The notes below the pieces were generated by a model, which had not been told where the DNA came from, searched no databases, and saw only the letters and a program-made list of their open reading frames with translations. Positions 55,026-64,000 of a DNA stretch of 64,000 nucleotides are shown piece by piece. Source of the DNA: Sphingomonadaceae bacterium (GTDB taxonomy: Bacteria > Chloroflexota > UBA6077); the NCBI GenBank assembly GCA_050261575.1, contig JBLNDL010000096.1:1-64000 (forward strand), written 5' to 3'. Both the position numbers and the translations under genes were made by a program. Each line of letters opens with the position of its first letter. Position 1 is the stretch's first letter.

Positions 55026-57749
55026 CTACCGCGTGGCGGGAGTGTCTATGGCGCCGGTCCGCCTGCGGATCGCCTTCTCGATCTCCACCAGCACCAGGGC
55101 CAGGGAGGAGATGGCAATGATCTCCACCCAGTCGGTTGCATCCAGCGATACGGTCTGGAGCACGGGCTGGATGAACGGGACGTAGATCACCGAGAGTTGG
55201 AGCAGCAGCCCGACGAGGATTCCCGCGACCATGTAGCGGTTGGTGGTGAGCCCCTTGGTGAAGATGGACTGGTTCACCGACCTGGCGTTCAGGGCGTCGA
55301 AGAACTGGTACATCACCAGGGTCGTGAAGGCCATGGTGCGGGCCTCCTGGAGACTGGCTCCGCTGGCCAGTTGCGCGGCGAACAGCCCCAAGGTGCCGAT
55401 AGCCATCGCGGTCGAGACCAGCAGAATGCGCAACTGGAGCACTCTCGAAAGCATCTCGCTCTTCGGATGGCGGGGTGGCCTCAGCAGGTACTCCCTTTCG
55501 CCCGGCTCGAAGCCGAGGGCGATCACCGGGGCGCTGTCGGTCACCAGGTTCACCCAGAGGATCTGTACCGGCACCAGGGGCAGCGGCAGTCCTACCAGGA
55601 GGGCCACCAGGATCGTCGCCACCTCTCCGGCGTTGGTGGCCAGAAGGAAGTAGATTGCCTTCCGGATGTTCTCGAAGACTACCCGCCCCTCCTCGATCGC
55701 CGCGACGATGCTGGCGAAGTTGTCGTCCGCCAGCACCATGTCGGCCGTCTCCTTGCTGACGTCGGTGCCGGTGATGCCCATGGAGATTCCGATGTCGGCT
55801 GCCCGTAGCGCAGGAGCATCGTTCACCCCATCACCGGTCACCGCCACGATGTGGCCCCGGGCCTTCAGCCGATCGACGATGCGCAGCTTGTGCTCGGGTG
55901 CCGCCCGGGCGTAGACGGCCACCTCCTCCACGATCTCGTCCAGTTGATCGTCGGACATCGACTCGAGCTCGCGGCCCGTCAGCACCCTCTGGCCGGGATG
56001 CAGGATGTGCAGTTGCCGGGCGATGGCGGCGGCCGTCTGCTTGTGGTCGCCGGTAACCATCGCCACCCGGACGCCCGCCCTATTGGCGGCCTCAACTGCC
56101 TCGGCTGCCTCCGGTCTGGGTGGATCGATGATCCCCACCAGGCCGGCGAAGACGAGCCCGGTGGTAGCCTCCTCCGGGGTAAGTGACCGGCTCTGGGTGG
56201 GCCTGTAGGCCAGCGCCAGGACGCGGTGCCCTTGATCCGCCATGCGGCGGGCTACCGTCAGCACCTCCTCGCGGTTGAGGGGTGCCCGGCCCGTGTCCAG
56301 CAACTCGCTGGAGCACATCTCAAGGACCCGTCCCGGGGCGCCCTTAACGAGGATCATCGGCTGAGCATCGAATCGATTGAGCGTGGCCATGTACTGCTGC
56401 TCAGACTCGAACGGGATCTCCCCCAGGCGTGGGCGGCTGCGGTGCAGTTGGGAGATGTGGAGACCCGCTTTCTCCGCCGCAACCAGGAGGGCACCCTCGG
56501 TGGGGTCGCCCAGCACCTTCACCGTGCCGTCCTGCCGGCTCAGACGGGCATCGTTGGCCAGGGCGCCGATCGTGAGCAGCATCTCCAGCGAGGGACTGTC
56601 GGAGGCTCTGACCTGGCGGCCGTCCAGCAGCACCTGCCCCTTTGGCGTGTAGCCGGAGCCGGTGACCTCGTAGTCGCGCCGGCCGGCGTAGATGGCTCGC
56701 ACCGTCATCTCGTTGCGGGTGAGGGTGCCGGTCTTGTCGGTGGCGATGAAGTCCGCCGTGCCGAGCGTCTCCACCGCGGGCAGCTTGCGAATGATGGCGT
56801 GCCGCCTCGCCATCCTCTGGGTGCCGATGGCGAGGATGATGGTGACGGTCGCGGGCAGTCCCTCCGGGATGGCGGAGACCGCCAGGGTCACAGCGGTGAG
56901 GAACATCTCGAGCAGCCCGAATCCCGCCAGCACCCCCAGGAGGAACACCAGGACCACGAGGGCGAAGACCACGACTCCGAGGAACCGGCTGAAGGCGTGC
57001 AGACGGGCCTGCAGCGGCGTTTCGATCGTCTCCAGGCCGGTCACCTGCTGTGAGATCTTGCCGAGTTCGGTGTGGCTTCCGGTGGCAACCGCGATCCCGA
57101 CGCCTCTCCCCACCGTCACCGTCGTGCCGGCAAAGGCCATGTTCGACTGGTCGGCGGGGGGAAGGTTGGTCTCCCTAATGGGGCTGGTGGTCTTGGCAAC
57201 CGGCACCGACTCGCCCGTCAGGGGCGCCTCGTCGATCTGCAGGCTGTGAGCCTCCAGGAGCCGCAGGTCGGCGGGGACCTTGTCGCCGCTGGCGAGGATG
57301 ACGATATCCCCAGGGACCACCTGCTCGATCGGTACCTCCATGTGTACTCCACCTCGCACCACCGTGGCGGTCGGTGCCGTCATCTTCAGCAGGGCCTCTA
57401 TGGCGGCAGCCGCCTTGGTCTCCTGTACGTAGCCGATGACGGCATTGGCCACGACCACCACGAGGATCACGGCCGTATCGACGTACTCACCCAGGAGGGC
57501 CGTGATGATGCCGGCGACCAGGAGCACGTAGACGAGCGGGTTCTGGAACTGGCGCAGGAAGAGGACGAAGGGGCTCGGCCCCTTCGTCCGCTCCAGTTGG
57601 TTGGGGCCGAAACGACGCAGCCTCTCCTCGGCTTCATGCTGGCTGAGGCCGTCCCTACTGCTGTGCAGCCGACGGATGGCCTCCTCGGCCTCCAGGTGAT
57701 ACCACGGTTCGGTCGTGGCGGTGGTGGCGTAGGAGGGGAGGGTGGCCAC
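55026..57749 (-). CDS. Cation-translocating P-type ATPase (P2A, Ca2+-type)
   Basis: TGES, IPEGL, DKTGTLT, KGAP, TGDGVNDAPAL and QILWVNLVTD; GGAGG before GTG 57749. Confidence 0.94.
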   Translation of the reverse strand: MATLPSYATTATTEPWYHLEAEEAIRRLHSSRDGLSQHEAEERLRRFGPNQLERTKGPSPFVLFLRQFQNPLVYVLLVAGIITALLGEYVDTAVILVVVVANAVIGYVQETKAAAAIEALLKMTAPTATVVRGGVHMEVPIEQVVPGDIVILASGDKVPADLRLLEAHSLQIDEAPLTGESVPVAKTTSPIRETNLPPADQSNMAFAGTTVTVGRGVGIAVATGSHTELGKISQQVTGLETIETPLQARLHAFSRFLGVVVFALVVLVFLLGVLAGFGLLEMFLTAVTLAVSAIPEGLPATVTIILAIGTQRMARRHAIIRKLPAVETLGTADFIATDKTGTLTRNEMTVRAIYAGRRDYEVTGSGYTPKGQVLLDGRQVRASDSPSLEMLLTIGALANDARLSRQDGTVKVLGDPTEGALLVAAEKAGLHISQLHRSRPRLGEIPFESEQQYMATLNRFDAQPMILVKGAPGRVLEMCSSELLDTGRAPLNREEVLTVARRMADQGHRVLALAYRPTQSRSLTPEEATTGLVFAGLVGIIDPPRPEAAEAVEAANRAGVRVAMVTGDHKQTAAAIARQLHILHPGQRVLTGRELESMSDDQLDEIVEEVAVYARAAPEHKLRIVDRLKARGHIVAVTGDGVNDAPALRAADIGISMGITGTDVSKETADMVLADDNFASIVAAIEEGRVVFENIRKAIYFLLATNAGEVATILVALLVGLPLPLVPVQILWVNLVTDSAPVIALGFEPGEREYLLRPPRHPKSEMLSRVLQLRILLVSTAMAIGTLGLFAAQLASGASLQEARTMAFTTLVMYQFFDALNARSVNQSIFTKGLTTNRYMVAGILVGLLLQLSVIYVPFIQPVLQTVSLDATDWVEIIAISSLALVLVEIEKAIRRRTGAIDTPATR

Positions 57750-58110
57750 GCGCTGCCTCCATTCTCTGCCCGGTATTCGGGCCAACTCCGCCCAAAGGGG
57801 GTTGTCGCTCGAGTCCCCTCGGTTGGCGCGTCAGGAAAGGCAGGATGCTGGCAGGTTATATGCCACAGGAGGAGTCCCGGGCGTGGCTCGCGAGAGCGAG
57901 GTGGCGGTCGTAAGCCGTTGAGTCGGGGCCTGTCTCCGGCGTACGCATCGCAGCTTGCCTGCGATGCGTACCACGTGGCGGCGGCAAGTCGCACGCGAGC
58001 CGCGACGTCACATCGTGACGATGCCCTGGACCATGCCGCGGCGAGGCGCGCCGAAATCGAGGGTAAGCAGGTCTGGAGGGCGAGCCTTAAGGCAGGCGGA
58101 GGGAGTCAGG

Positions 58111-58590
58111 ATGGCGAAGTCGAGGATCGACAAGGTGTTGGTGGCCGTCGACGGGTCGGCCGAGTCGCTGGAAGCTGCCAAATACGCTGCGGAGTTGGTG
58201 AGGGCGTTGAACCCGAAGGTCGCGGTGATGCACGTGGTGCCGAATCCGGACATTCCGGTGAGCGCTTCCCCCGTGGGCACAAGTACGTTGGGTCCCGACG
58301 ACGAGGTGGCCATCGAGAGGGCTCTCTGGGATGGTGCACAGGCTATACTGGACAGGAATATGGAACCTTTCCGGCAGGCGGGGGTGCAGGTGGAGGGGGT
58401 GATGGCCAGCGGGGACCCTGCGAGAGAGATCGTGGACTTTGCCAGGAAAGGGCGGTACGATCTGCTGGTGGTGGGGAGCCGGGGTGAGGGTGCGGTGGAG
58501 AGGGCCCTCTTGGGCAGCACCAGCGATGCAGTGGTGAGGGAATCACCATGCCCGGTTCTGGTGGTGAGAAGAGGGGCACGTGCCCGGTAG
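58111..58590 (+). CDS. Universal stress protein
   Basis: VLVAVDGS, GDPAREI, VVGSRG...LLGSTS and PCPVLVVR. Confidence 0.92.
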   Translation: MAKSRIDKVLVAVDGSAESLEAAKYAAELVRALNPKVAVMHVVPNPDIPVSASPVGTSTLGPDDEVAIERALWDGAQAILDRNMEPFRQAGVQVEGVMASGDPAREIVDFARKGRYDLLVVGSRGEGAVERALLGSTSDAVVRESPCPVLVVRRGARAR

Positions 58591-58728
58591 CGGCGAGTTT
58601 GAGACGCTGGGACGGGGCGACGCGGGAAACCCGGCTGGGGACTCAGGACTGAGAAGCCAGTACTCAGCGACCAGCAACTGGTGCCCAGCACTCAGCAGAA
58701 CTCGAGACTCAGAAGTGGAGGCATAGCG

Positions 58729-59007
58729 ATGGAGAACAGGACGGGCGTGAGTCTGGCGGAGGAGCTGCTATCCCACATCGGTGGCACCGAGGTGGAGGAT
58801 GTGTACATCGACGAGGACGAAAACGGCCGCTACCTCGGACTGGTGTTCAGCGATGGTGAGACCGAGTACCACCTCACCTTCGAGGAGGATGGGACCATCC
58901 AACTGGCGGAGGGGCCCTTGGAAGGCGAGGGTCTCGAAGAGGTCACGACCTTCAGCATAAACGAGGTGGTGCCGCCCTACTCCGAGGACGGCGTGGAGGA
59001 GGGCTAA
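58729..59007 (+). CDS. Small, very acidic hypothetical protein
   Basis: GGAGG RBS, coding-like codon bias, D/E-rich. Confidence 0.7.
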   Translation: MENRTGVSLAEELLSHIGGTEVEDVYIDEDENGRYLGLVFSDGETEYHLTFEEDGTIQLAEGPLEGEGLEEVTTFSINEVVPPYSEDGVEEG

Positions 59008-59086
59008 GAAGGCATCTCCAGTCCGTATCGATCTCTGTGGTGGGAAGAGTGTACTCTATCCGGAGAAGCCTGTTAGCGGGCGAACG

Positions 59087-59115
59087 TTGACGCTAACACG
59101 CGGCCACGTTATGCT
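59087..59115 (+). promoter_or_regulatory. sigma70 promoter
   Basis: TTGACG-17 nt-TATGCT upstream of 59169. Confidence 0.6.
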
Positions 59116-59168
59116 ACGGCCGTTCCACATCCCAGTTCCCATCGTGTGAAGAGCTTCCGGAGGCCACC

Positions 59169-59975
59169 TTGTCTCGCACCTTGTTCGCTTTCGCCGCGGC
59201 GGGCGCGATCGTGCTGTGTGTTGGTGTCGGCTGGGTGGTGGCGGCTGCCAACGGAGTTGTCCCTGCCGGTCCCTCTCCCCTCGCGCTCGACCCAGCGCTT
59301 CTCTCAAGTAGTGAGCGCATCCGAAGCCTCATTCTCGATCCAGGACTGCCGGCGGCCGCGATGGTGCTGTTGGCTGTTCTCTCTACGGTGGCCTTGGTAT
59401 TCCGGCGTCGACGCAGGCGGGATCGTGAGATTCCGGCGGCTGGCCCATCGGCCGACGTCGTGGCCGCGGGTGACGCGCTGGCCGTCGTGGAGGGCCATGT
59501 GGGCGTGGAGAGCGTCCCGGCGTTGGATGAGGTGCCGGCCCCTGATTCCCATGAGCCGATCGGGCGGGCACCTGAGGCGACAGATTCGGTGGATGTGGCC
59601 TCCACCCCGGCGGCCGGCGATCCGACGGAGGCGGAGCCGACCCCCACTGAGGAGCGCGCGAGCGTGATGGACTCGACCGTAGCGCACTGCACGGGAGAGA
59701 GTCGATCGAGCCTGGCGGCCAACCTGGTAGCCATGGGGCGGCAGGCGGCCGAAGAAGGGGACAGGGAGACGACCTACCGATTGATGCGCCAGGCGCTGGA
59801 GATGGACTCTCGAAACGTGGACGCCTGGATCTGGAGGGCGGCCGCGTCGGAATCGGTCCAAGAATCGTTGGTTTGCCTGAAGACTGCACTGCTGCTGGAT
59901 CCGGAGAACGAAAAGGCGAAACGGGGGCTGGCTTTCTTCCAGTCCCGCCCAGTGGATGACAGGGGGAATCGATGA
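59169..59975 (+). CDS. Membrane protein with acidic linker and C-terminal TPR
   Basis: Two hydrophobic segments, RRRRRR stop-transfer and ALEMDSRNVDAWIW...ALLLDPENEKAKRGL TPR; GGAGG RBS. Confidence 0.72.
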   Translation: MSRTLFAFAAAGAIVLCVGVGWVVAAANGVVPAGPSPLALDPALLSSSERIRSLILDPGLPAAAMVLLAVLSTVALVFRRRRRRDREIPAAGPSADVVAAGDALAVVEGHVGVESVPALDEVPAPDSHEPIGRAPEATDSVDVASTPAAGDPTEAEPTPTEERASVMDSTVAHCTGESRSSLAANLVAMGRQAAEEGDRETTYRLMRQALEMDSRNVDAWIWRAAASESVQESLVCLKTALLLDPENEKAKRGLAFFQSRPVDDRGNR

Positions 59976-60757
59976 GCGCAGGATCGGATCACGCCCCTTT
60001 CTCGGTGGATCCCGGACAGGGTCCTGAACTCCGATCGAGTTCCGGTCTCGTCGATTGGGAACAAGAAGATAGTCCAGGAGGAGGCCTGTCCGCGAGAGTC
60101 CTCCGGATTGCCCTCAATGAGGCGATGCACGTCCGACTGGAGGCGTTCCACGCCGGCGAGAGGGTCTATGACGAGCTGGTGAGAGAGGCTGAGGCGCGAT
60201 CCAGCCAGATCCTGGCCGAGGCCCAGGCGGAAGCCGACCGGATCCTGGCGAGTGCCCGATCGGAGGCGGAGCGGACCCTATCCGAAGCGATTCGGCAGGC
60301 CAAGGCGCTGCACGACGAAGCTGCGCGCCAGGCCTTGGAGACCAGGGCAGCCCTGGCGGAGCTGCGCTCGCAACGTTCAACCGCGGTCCGGCGACTGTGG
60401 AGCAGACTGGCAGGCAGCAAGAGCGAGGACAGTGCGGATACGTCGGCCGGGCTTTCGGCTGCCGCGTCTGTCTTCCCCCCGGACCCGGCTCCCCCGCGCG
60501 ACCGAGCGGCCCAGTCGCCGTCTACCACCGGGCCCCAGCCGGAGCAGGCGGCACCCCCGAGCGCACCGCTCCCCTTTGCCGAGACCGTTGCGTCTCCGGC
60601 GGCTGGAAAGGAGCCCCCGAGGCCTGAGCCGAGGGGTGGCGAAGCCCCCACCGGCGCGATCCCCCCGCGTGGGGACGGGCAGCCGCGCGAGTCCTCGGTG
60701 GCCGGCGCGGCCTCGCCACGAAAGCACTCCTGGGTTATCCCCGATTGGCTCAAGTAG
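59972..60757 (+). CDS. Coiled-coil (DivIVA/ATP synthase b-like repeat) protein with Pro-rich tail
   Basis: EAEARSSQILAEAQAEADRILASARSEAER repeats; ATGA overlap with the upstream gene. Confidence 0.62.
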   Translation: MSAGSDHAPFSVDPGQGPELRSSSGLVDWEQEDSPGGGLSARVLRIALNEAMHVRLEAFHAGERVYDELVREAEARSSQILAEAQAEADRILASARSEAERTLSEAIRQAKALHDEAARQALETRAALAELRSQRSTAVRRLWSRLAGSKSEDSADTSAGLSAAASVFPPDPAPPRDRAAQSPSTTGPQPEQAAPPSAPLPFAETVASPAAGKEPPRPEPRGGEAPTGAIPPRGDGQPRESSVAGAASPRKHSWVIPDWLK

Positions 60758-61010
60758 CACGCGGCAGACTCCCCCATCCTCCATTCACAAGATTTTTCTC
60801 ACTAAATGTAGTACAATAGCTCGCGAGTAGCCGGACCCGGCAACATGTGGCATCGAGGCTGGCCCGGCCTCCTGCCATCGCGTGGTGGGCGGCAGGTCGG
60901 CCGACACGGTGACTGGAGCAGCAGCGCAGCTTGCCCCTGGCTGGGTGGCCCAAGGGGTGTCCAGGCTGGAGAGAGGGGCTCCGGCCCCGGATTGGATGGG
61001 AGATGCCGCT

Positions 61011-62756
61011 ATGGCAAGTGGAGACTTAGTGGTCAGGATCGCCGGTGAGTCGGGTGAGGGTGTCATAAGCACCGGCGAGCTGGTCGCGCAGGCCGCTGCG
61101 CGCGCGGGTTTCGAGCTGTTGACCTTCAAGACCTACCCTGCCGAGATCAAGGGTGGGCACGCCCTGATCCAGCTCAGGCTGAGCGATCGGCGACTCCACA
61201 CGCAGGGAGACCAGCTCGACGTCCTTCTGGCGTTCAACCAGGAGGCCTGCGACAGGAACATCGCCGATCTGAAGCCCGGCGGGCTGCTCATCTACGACTC
61301 CGCCGCGTGCGCTCCGCCCGAGAGCGGCGAGCGGCTGCAGTACGCGGTTCCCCTGACGGAGATCGCCAGGACCCAGCTCAGGTTCGAGCTGGGGAAGAAC
61401 ATGGTGGCCGTGGGGGTAGTGGCCGCGCTGTTCGACCTGTCCAGGGAGCACTTGGTCCGGCTGCTTCAGGAGAAGTTCGGGAGCAAAGGCGAGGACGTCG
61501 TCGCCAAGAACCTGGCCGCCCTGGATGCCGGCATCGGTTACGTGCGGGAGCGGATGGGTGGCCGCATCGGCTTCTCTGTCAAGCCGGGGGATGGGCGCGG
61601 GGAGGTCGTCGTCGTTTCGGGCAACCAGGCGCTGGCCATGGGGGCGATGGCCGCTGGGTGCCGCAACTACTTCGGGTACCCCATCACGCCGGCCACGGAC
61701 ATCATGGAGTTCCTGGCAGCCAACCTGCCCAGGGTCGGCGGATCGGTGGTGCAGGCAGAGGACGAGATTGCGGCGGCCGGGATGGTGTTGGGCGCCTCCT
61801 ACGGTGGTGCCAGGGCCATGACCGCAACGTCCGGCCCCGGTCTCAGTCTGATGGTGGAGATGCTGGGGTTGGGGGCCATGGCGGAGCTGCCGGCGGTGAT
61901 CGTCGACGTGCAGCGGGCGGGGCCATCGACCGGGATGCCCACCAAGCACGAGCAAGGGGACCTGAACCTGGCCGTGTCGGGGGCCCACGGGGAGGTTCAG
62001 CGGATCGTTCTAGCTCCAACGTCGGTGGAAGACTGCTTCTATCAGGCGGTGAACGCCTTCAACCTGGCGGAGCGGTTCCAGATGCCCGTGATACTGCTCT
62101 CAGACACCTTGCTCGCGACCCGCACCGAGAGGATCCCGCGCCCAGACCTATCCAGGGTGGAGCGGAAGGAGCGCGAGCTGTACCGTCCCGTCGGAAACGG
62201 CAGTGGCGGCGGGGCGAGGTTCCTGAGGTACGCTTTGACCCCGACCGGGGTGTCGCCCATGAGCATACCTGGGCAGGCCGGCGGCGAGTACGTGGCGACC
62301 GGGCTGGAGCACAGCGAGCTGGGCCGCCCTCGTTACGATCCCGATACCCATCAGAAGATGACGGAGAAACGGTTCAGAAAGCTGGAGACGGCCGTGTCCG
62401 AGGCACCCCCCGCCGAGCGGTACGGTGATCGCGGTGCGGAGGTAGGCGTCGTGACCTGGGGCTCGACCATGGGCGCCGTGGTGGAGGCCGTCGACCTGGC
62501 CGCGGAGAAGGGCATCGCGGTGGAGGCCATCGCCCCCAGGATGCTCTGGCCGATCCCGGACCATCAGGTGGGGGAGTTCATACGGGGCAAGCGGGTGGTG
62601 ATCGTGCCCGAGGTCAATTACAGCGGCCAGTTCGCGGAGCTGCTGGCCGCTCGGTACAGGCGTGATCTGGTGAAGGTGAACAGCTACGGTGGGGTGTCCA
62701 TCAAGGCCGCCAGGATCGTGGAGGCGATCGAGGAGGTGGGGCATAATGTTGGGTAG
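61011..62756 (+). CDS. korA: 2-oxoacid:ferredoxin oxidoreductase alpha subunit (gamma-alpha fusion)
   Basis: GESGEG, YPAEIKGG, GYPITPAT, QAEDEIAA, TSGPG and QRAGPSTGMPTK. Confidence 0.92.
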   Translation: MASGDLVVRIAGESGEGVISTGELVAQAAARAGFELLTFKTYPAEIKGGHALIQLRLSDRRLHTQGDQLDVLLAFNQEACDRNIADLKPGGLLIYDSAACAPPESGERLQYAVPLTEIARTQLRFELGKNMVAVGVVAALFDLSREHLVRLLQEKFGSKGEDVVAKNLAALDAGIGYVRERMGGRIGFSVKPGDGRGEVVVVSGNQALAMGAMAAGCRNYFGYPITPATDIMEFLAANLPRVGGSVVQAEDEIAAAGMVLGASYGGARAMTATSGPGLSLMVEMLGLGAMAELPAVIVDVQRAGPSTGMPTKHEQGDLNLAVSGAHGEVQRIVLAPTSVEDCFYQAVNAFNLAERFQMPVILLSDTLLATRTERIPRPDLSRVERKERELYRPVGNGSGGGARFLRYALTPTGVSPMSIPGQAGGEYVATGLEHSELGRPRYDPDTHQKMTEKRFRKLETAVSEAPPAERYGDRGAEVGVVTWGSTMGAVVEAVDLAAEKGIAVEAIAPRMLWPIPDHQVGEFIRGKRVVIVPEVNYSGQFAELLAARYRRDLVKVNSYGGVSIKAARIVEAIEEVGHNVG

Positions 62757-63612
62757 CACTGCCTTGATCGAGCGAACTGTGGACGACTACAAGAGCGACG
62801 AGAAGCCTACCTGGTGCCCAGGGTGCGGCGATTTCGGCGTGTTGAACGCCGTGTACAACGCCATGAAGGAGAAGAGGCTCGATCCGAAGGATGTGGTGGT
62901 GGTGTCCGGTATCGGCTGCTCCAGCCGCCTGCCCTTCTTCGTCTCCACCTACGGCTTTCACGGTGTGCATGGGCGGACCATGCCGATCGCGACCGGGCTG
63001 AAGGTAGCCAGGCCCGATCTGGCCGTCCTGGTCATGGGGGGCGACGGCGATGCCCTTGCGATAGGCGGCGGCCATTTCATCCACGCCGCCAGGCGAAACG
63101 TCAACCTCACCTACGTGATCATGGATAACAGCATCTACGGTCTGACCAAGGGCCAGACATCGCCCACCAGCCGGGCCGGCTTCACCACCAAGACCACCCC
63201 TCGCGGGAGTGTGGACCGCTCGGTGAACCCACTGCTGCTGGCCCTCAGCGCGGGCGCAACCTTCGTGGCCAGGGGCTTTTCCGGGCAGCCAAAGGAGTTG
63301 GCCGACCTGATCGTGCAGGGGATGGAGCACAGGGGATTCTCGGTGATCGACGTTTACAGCCCCTGCCCCACCTTCAACAAGGTCAACACCTTCAAGTTCT
63401 ATCGTGAGATGGTGAGGTCGCTGCCTCCGAACCACCCTACGGGCGACCTGGGTGAGGCGATTCGGGCGGCCCGCAGCGAGGATCCGCTGTACGTGGGGCT
63501 GTTCTACCGCGAGGAGGGCGCGAGCTTCGAGGAGGGGCTGGAGCTTCAGAATTCCGGCGGCGAGGAGGACTGCCACACCGTCCTGGAGGATCTGTTCGAC
63601 CGGTTCAGCTAG
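62746..63612 (+). CDS. korB: 2-oxoacid:ferredoxin oxidoreductase beta subunit
   Basis: WCPGCGDFG, SGIGCSSR, GGDGD, DNSIYGLTKGQTSPT and SPCPTFN. Confidence 0.93.
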   Translation: MLGSTALIERTVDDYKSDEKPTWCPGCGDFGVLNAVYNAMKEKRLDPKDVVVVSGIGCSSRLPFFVSTYGFHGVHGRTMPIATGLKVARPDLAVLVMGGDGDALAIGGGHFIHAARRNVNLTYVIMDNSIYGLTKGQTSPTSRAGFTTKTTPRGSVDRSVNPLLLALSAGATFVARGFSGQPKELADLIVQGMEHRGFSVIDVYSPCPTFNKVNTFKFYREMVRSLPPNHPTGDLGEAIRAARSEDPLYVGLFYREEGASFEEGLELQNSGGEEDCHTVLEDLFDRFS

Positions 63613-63787
63613 CACCAGGTCCTGAGATGACGTGGGGCAGGGTCTTGTGCCCCGCCGCATGCCCTACTTCGGGAGCGATGCGCGATGCCCCCTCCTCGAA
63701 GGGAGAGGGGATTCCACCTGAGCAGGTATCTCCAGATAGAGCACACGCTTCCCGCGCGAGAAGTTGACATGAACCGGAGACACCTGC

Positions 63788-64000
63788 TTAGTACCGCCTT
63801 CCCCGTTGGCGGGCGATGTCGAACTTGGCAGTGCTGGCGACGTGCATCACCGTCATCACCCCCGCCTGGACCGGGTCGGAGACGACCAGGTCGGCCACAT
63901 CGGGCACACTGCCCGCCATGTTGAGGGATACCACTACGATCCCCTTCTGCTGAACCTCTCGGACGGCTTCGGTGATCTCTCCGCCCATCAGGGAGCCCGC
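63788..64000 (-). CDS. C-terminal part of a DUF5612-like (AF1403-type) protein; start outside window
   Basis: [12 protein letters not shown]...[25 protein letters not shown]...FDI; family recognised from memory. Confidence 0.7.
   Translation of the reverse strand, partial: AGSLMGGEITEAVREVQQKGIVVVSLNMAGSVPDVADLVVSDPVQAGVMTVMHVASTAKFDIARQRGRRY

Noticed and set aside
57750..57850. yybP-ykoY (Mn2+) riboswitch expected upstream of a P-type ATPase
   Set aside because: The conserved GGGGAGUA and GAGACC-type elements were not found.
60783..60820. Rex-like site (TTCACAA) upstream of korA
   Set aside because: Only one half-site; no matching TTGTGAA at the correct spacing.
178..63924. Many long Arg/Pro/Gly-rich overlapping ORFs (e.g. 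2226..4079, 10288..11883, 46973..48763, 45153..46883)
   Set aside because: Shadow ORFs expected in high-GC DNA; they overlap well-supported genes and carry no motifs.

Overview
GC-rich, gene-dense bacterial window, most consistent with an anaerobic monoderm such as a member of Chloroflexota. This is inferred from lipoprotein TRAP binding proteins, a cohesin/Pro-Thr surface protein with a 'YFAETGF...FGYPIS' domain, and heptamer/REP-like intergenic repeats. From left to right it holds: a GT-C/Wzm/Wzt glycan-export cluster beside a cohesin surface protein; a porCDAB-type oxidoreductase with MoaD; a tungsten AOR and a Zn alcohol dehydrogenase; a ~25 kb catabolic island; kdgK and an eda-VOC fusion; Fe-S/redox genes (trxB, mrp, two SufR-like regulators, nfu, an AmmeMemoRadiSam radical SAM enzyme); MEP genes (ispG, ispH, dxs); folB, lpdA, a garR-like gene, a P-type ATPase, usp, korAB and a truncated DUF5612-like gene. 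The most interesting feature is the island at ~12.9-37.6 kb. Six copies of one palindrome, GG(A/C)AACCGGTT(T/G)CC, sit at the heads of all five transcription units, including the LacI gene's own. They tie together two TRAP systems (three DctP), a cytoplasmic GH88-like enzyme, a shikimate/quinate dehydrogenase, two SDRs, a cupin, three MaoC dehydratases, two YdiF-type CoA-transferases, an enoyl-CoA hydratase, an acyl-CoA dehydrogenase with Asp at the catalytic position, ETF and a membrane ETF:quinone oxidoreductase. This looks like an uncharacterised CoA-dependent anaerobic pathway for a polyhydroxylated acid (a quinate/shikimate-like cyclitol acid or an unsaturated uronate); the substrate is inference only. 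I recognised no rRNA, tRNA, CRISPR array, transposase or prophage. All protein calls come from motif recognition, not database searches.
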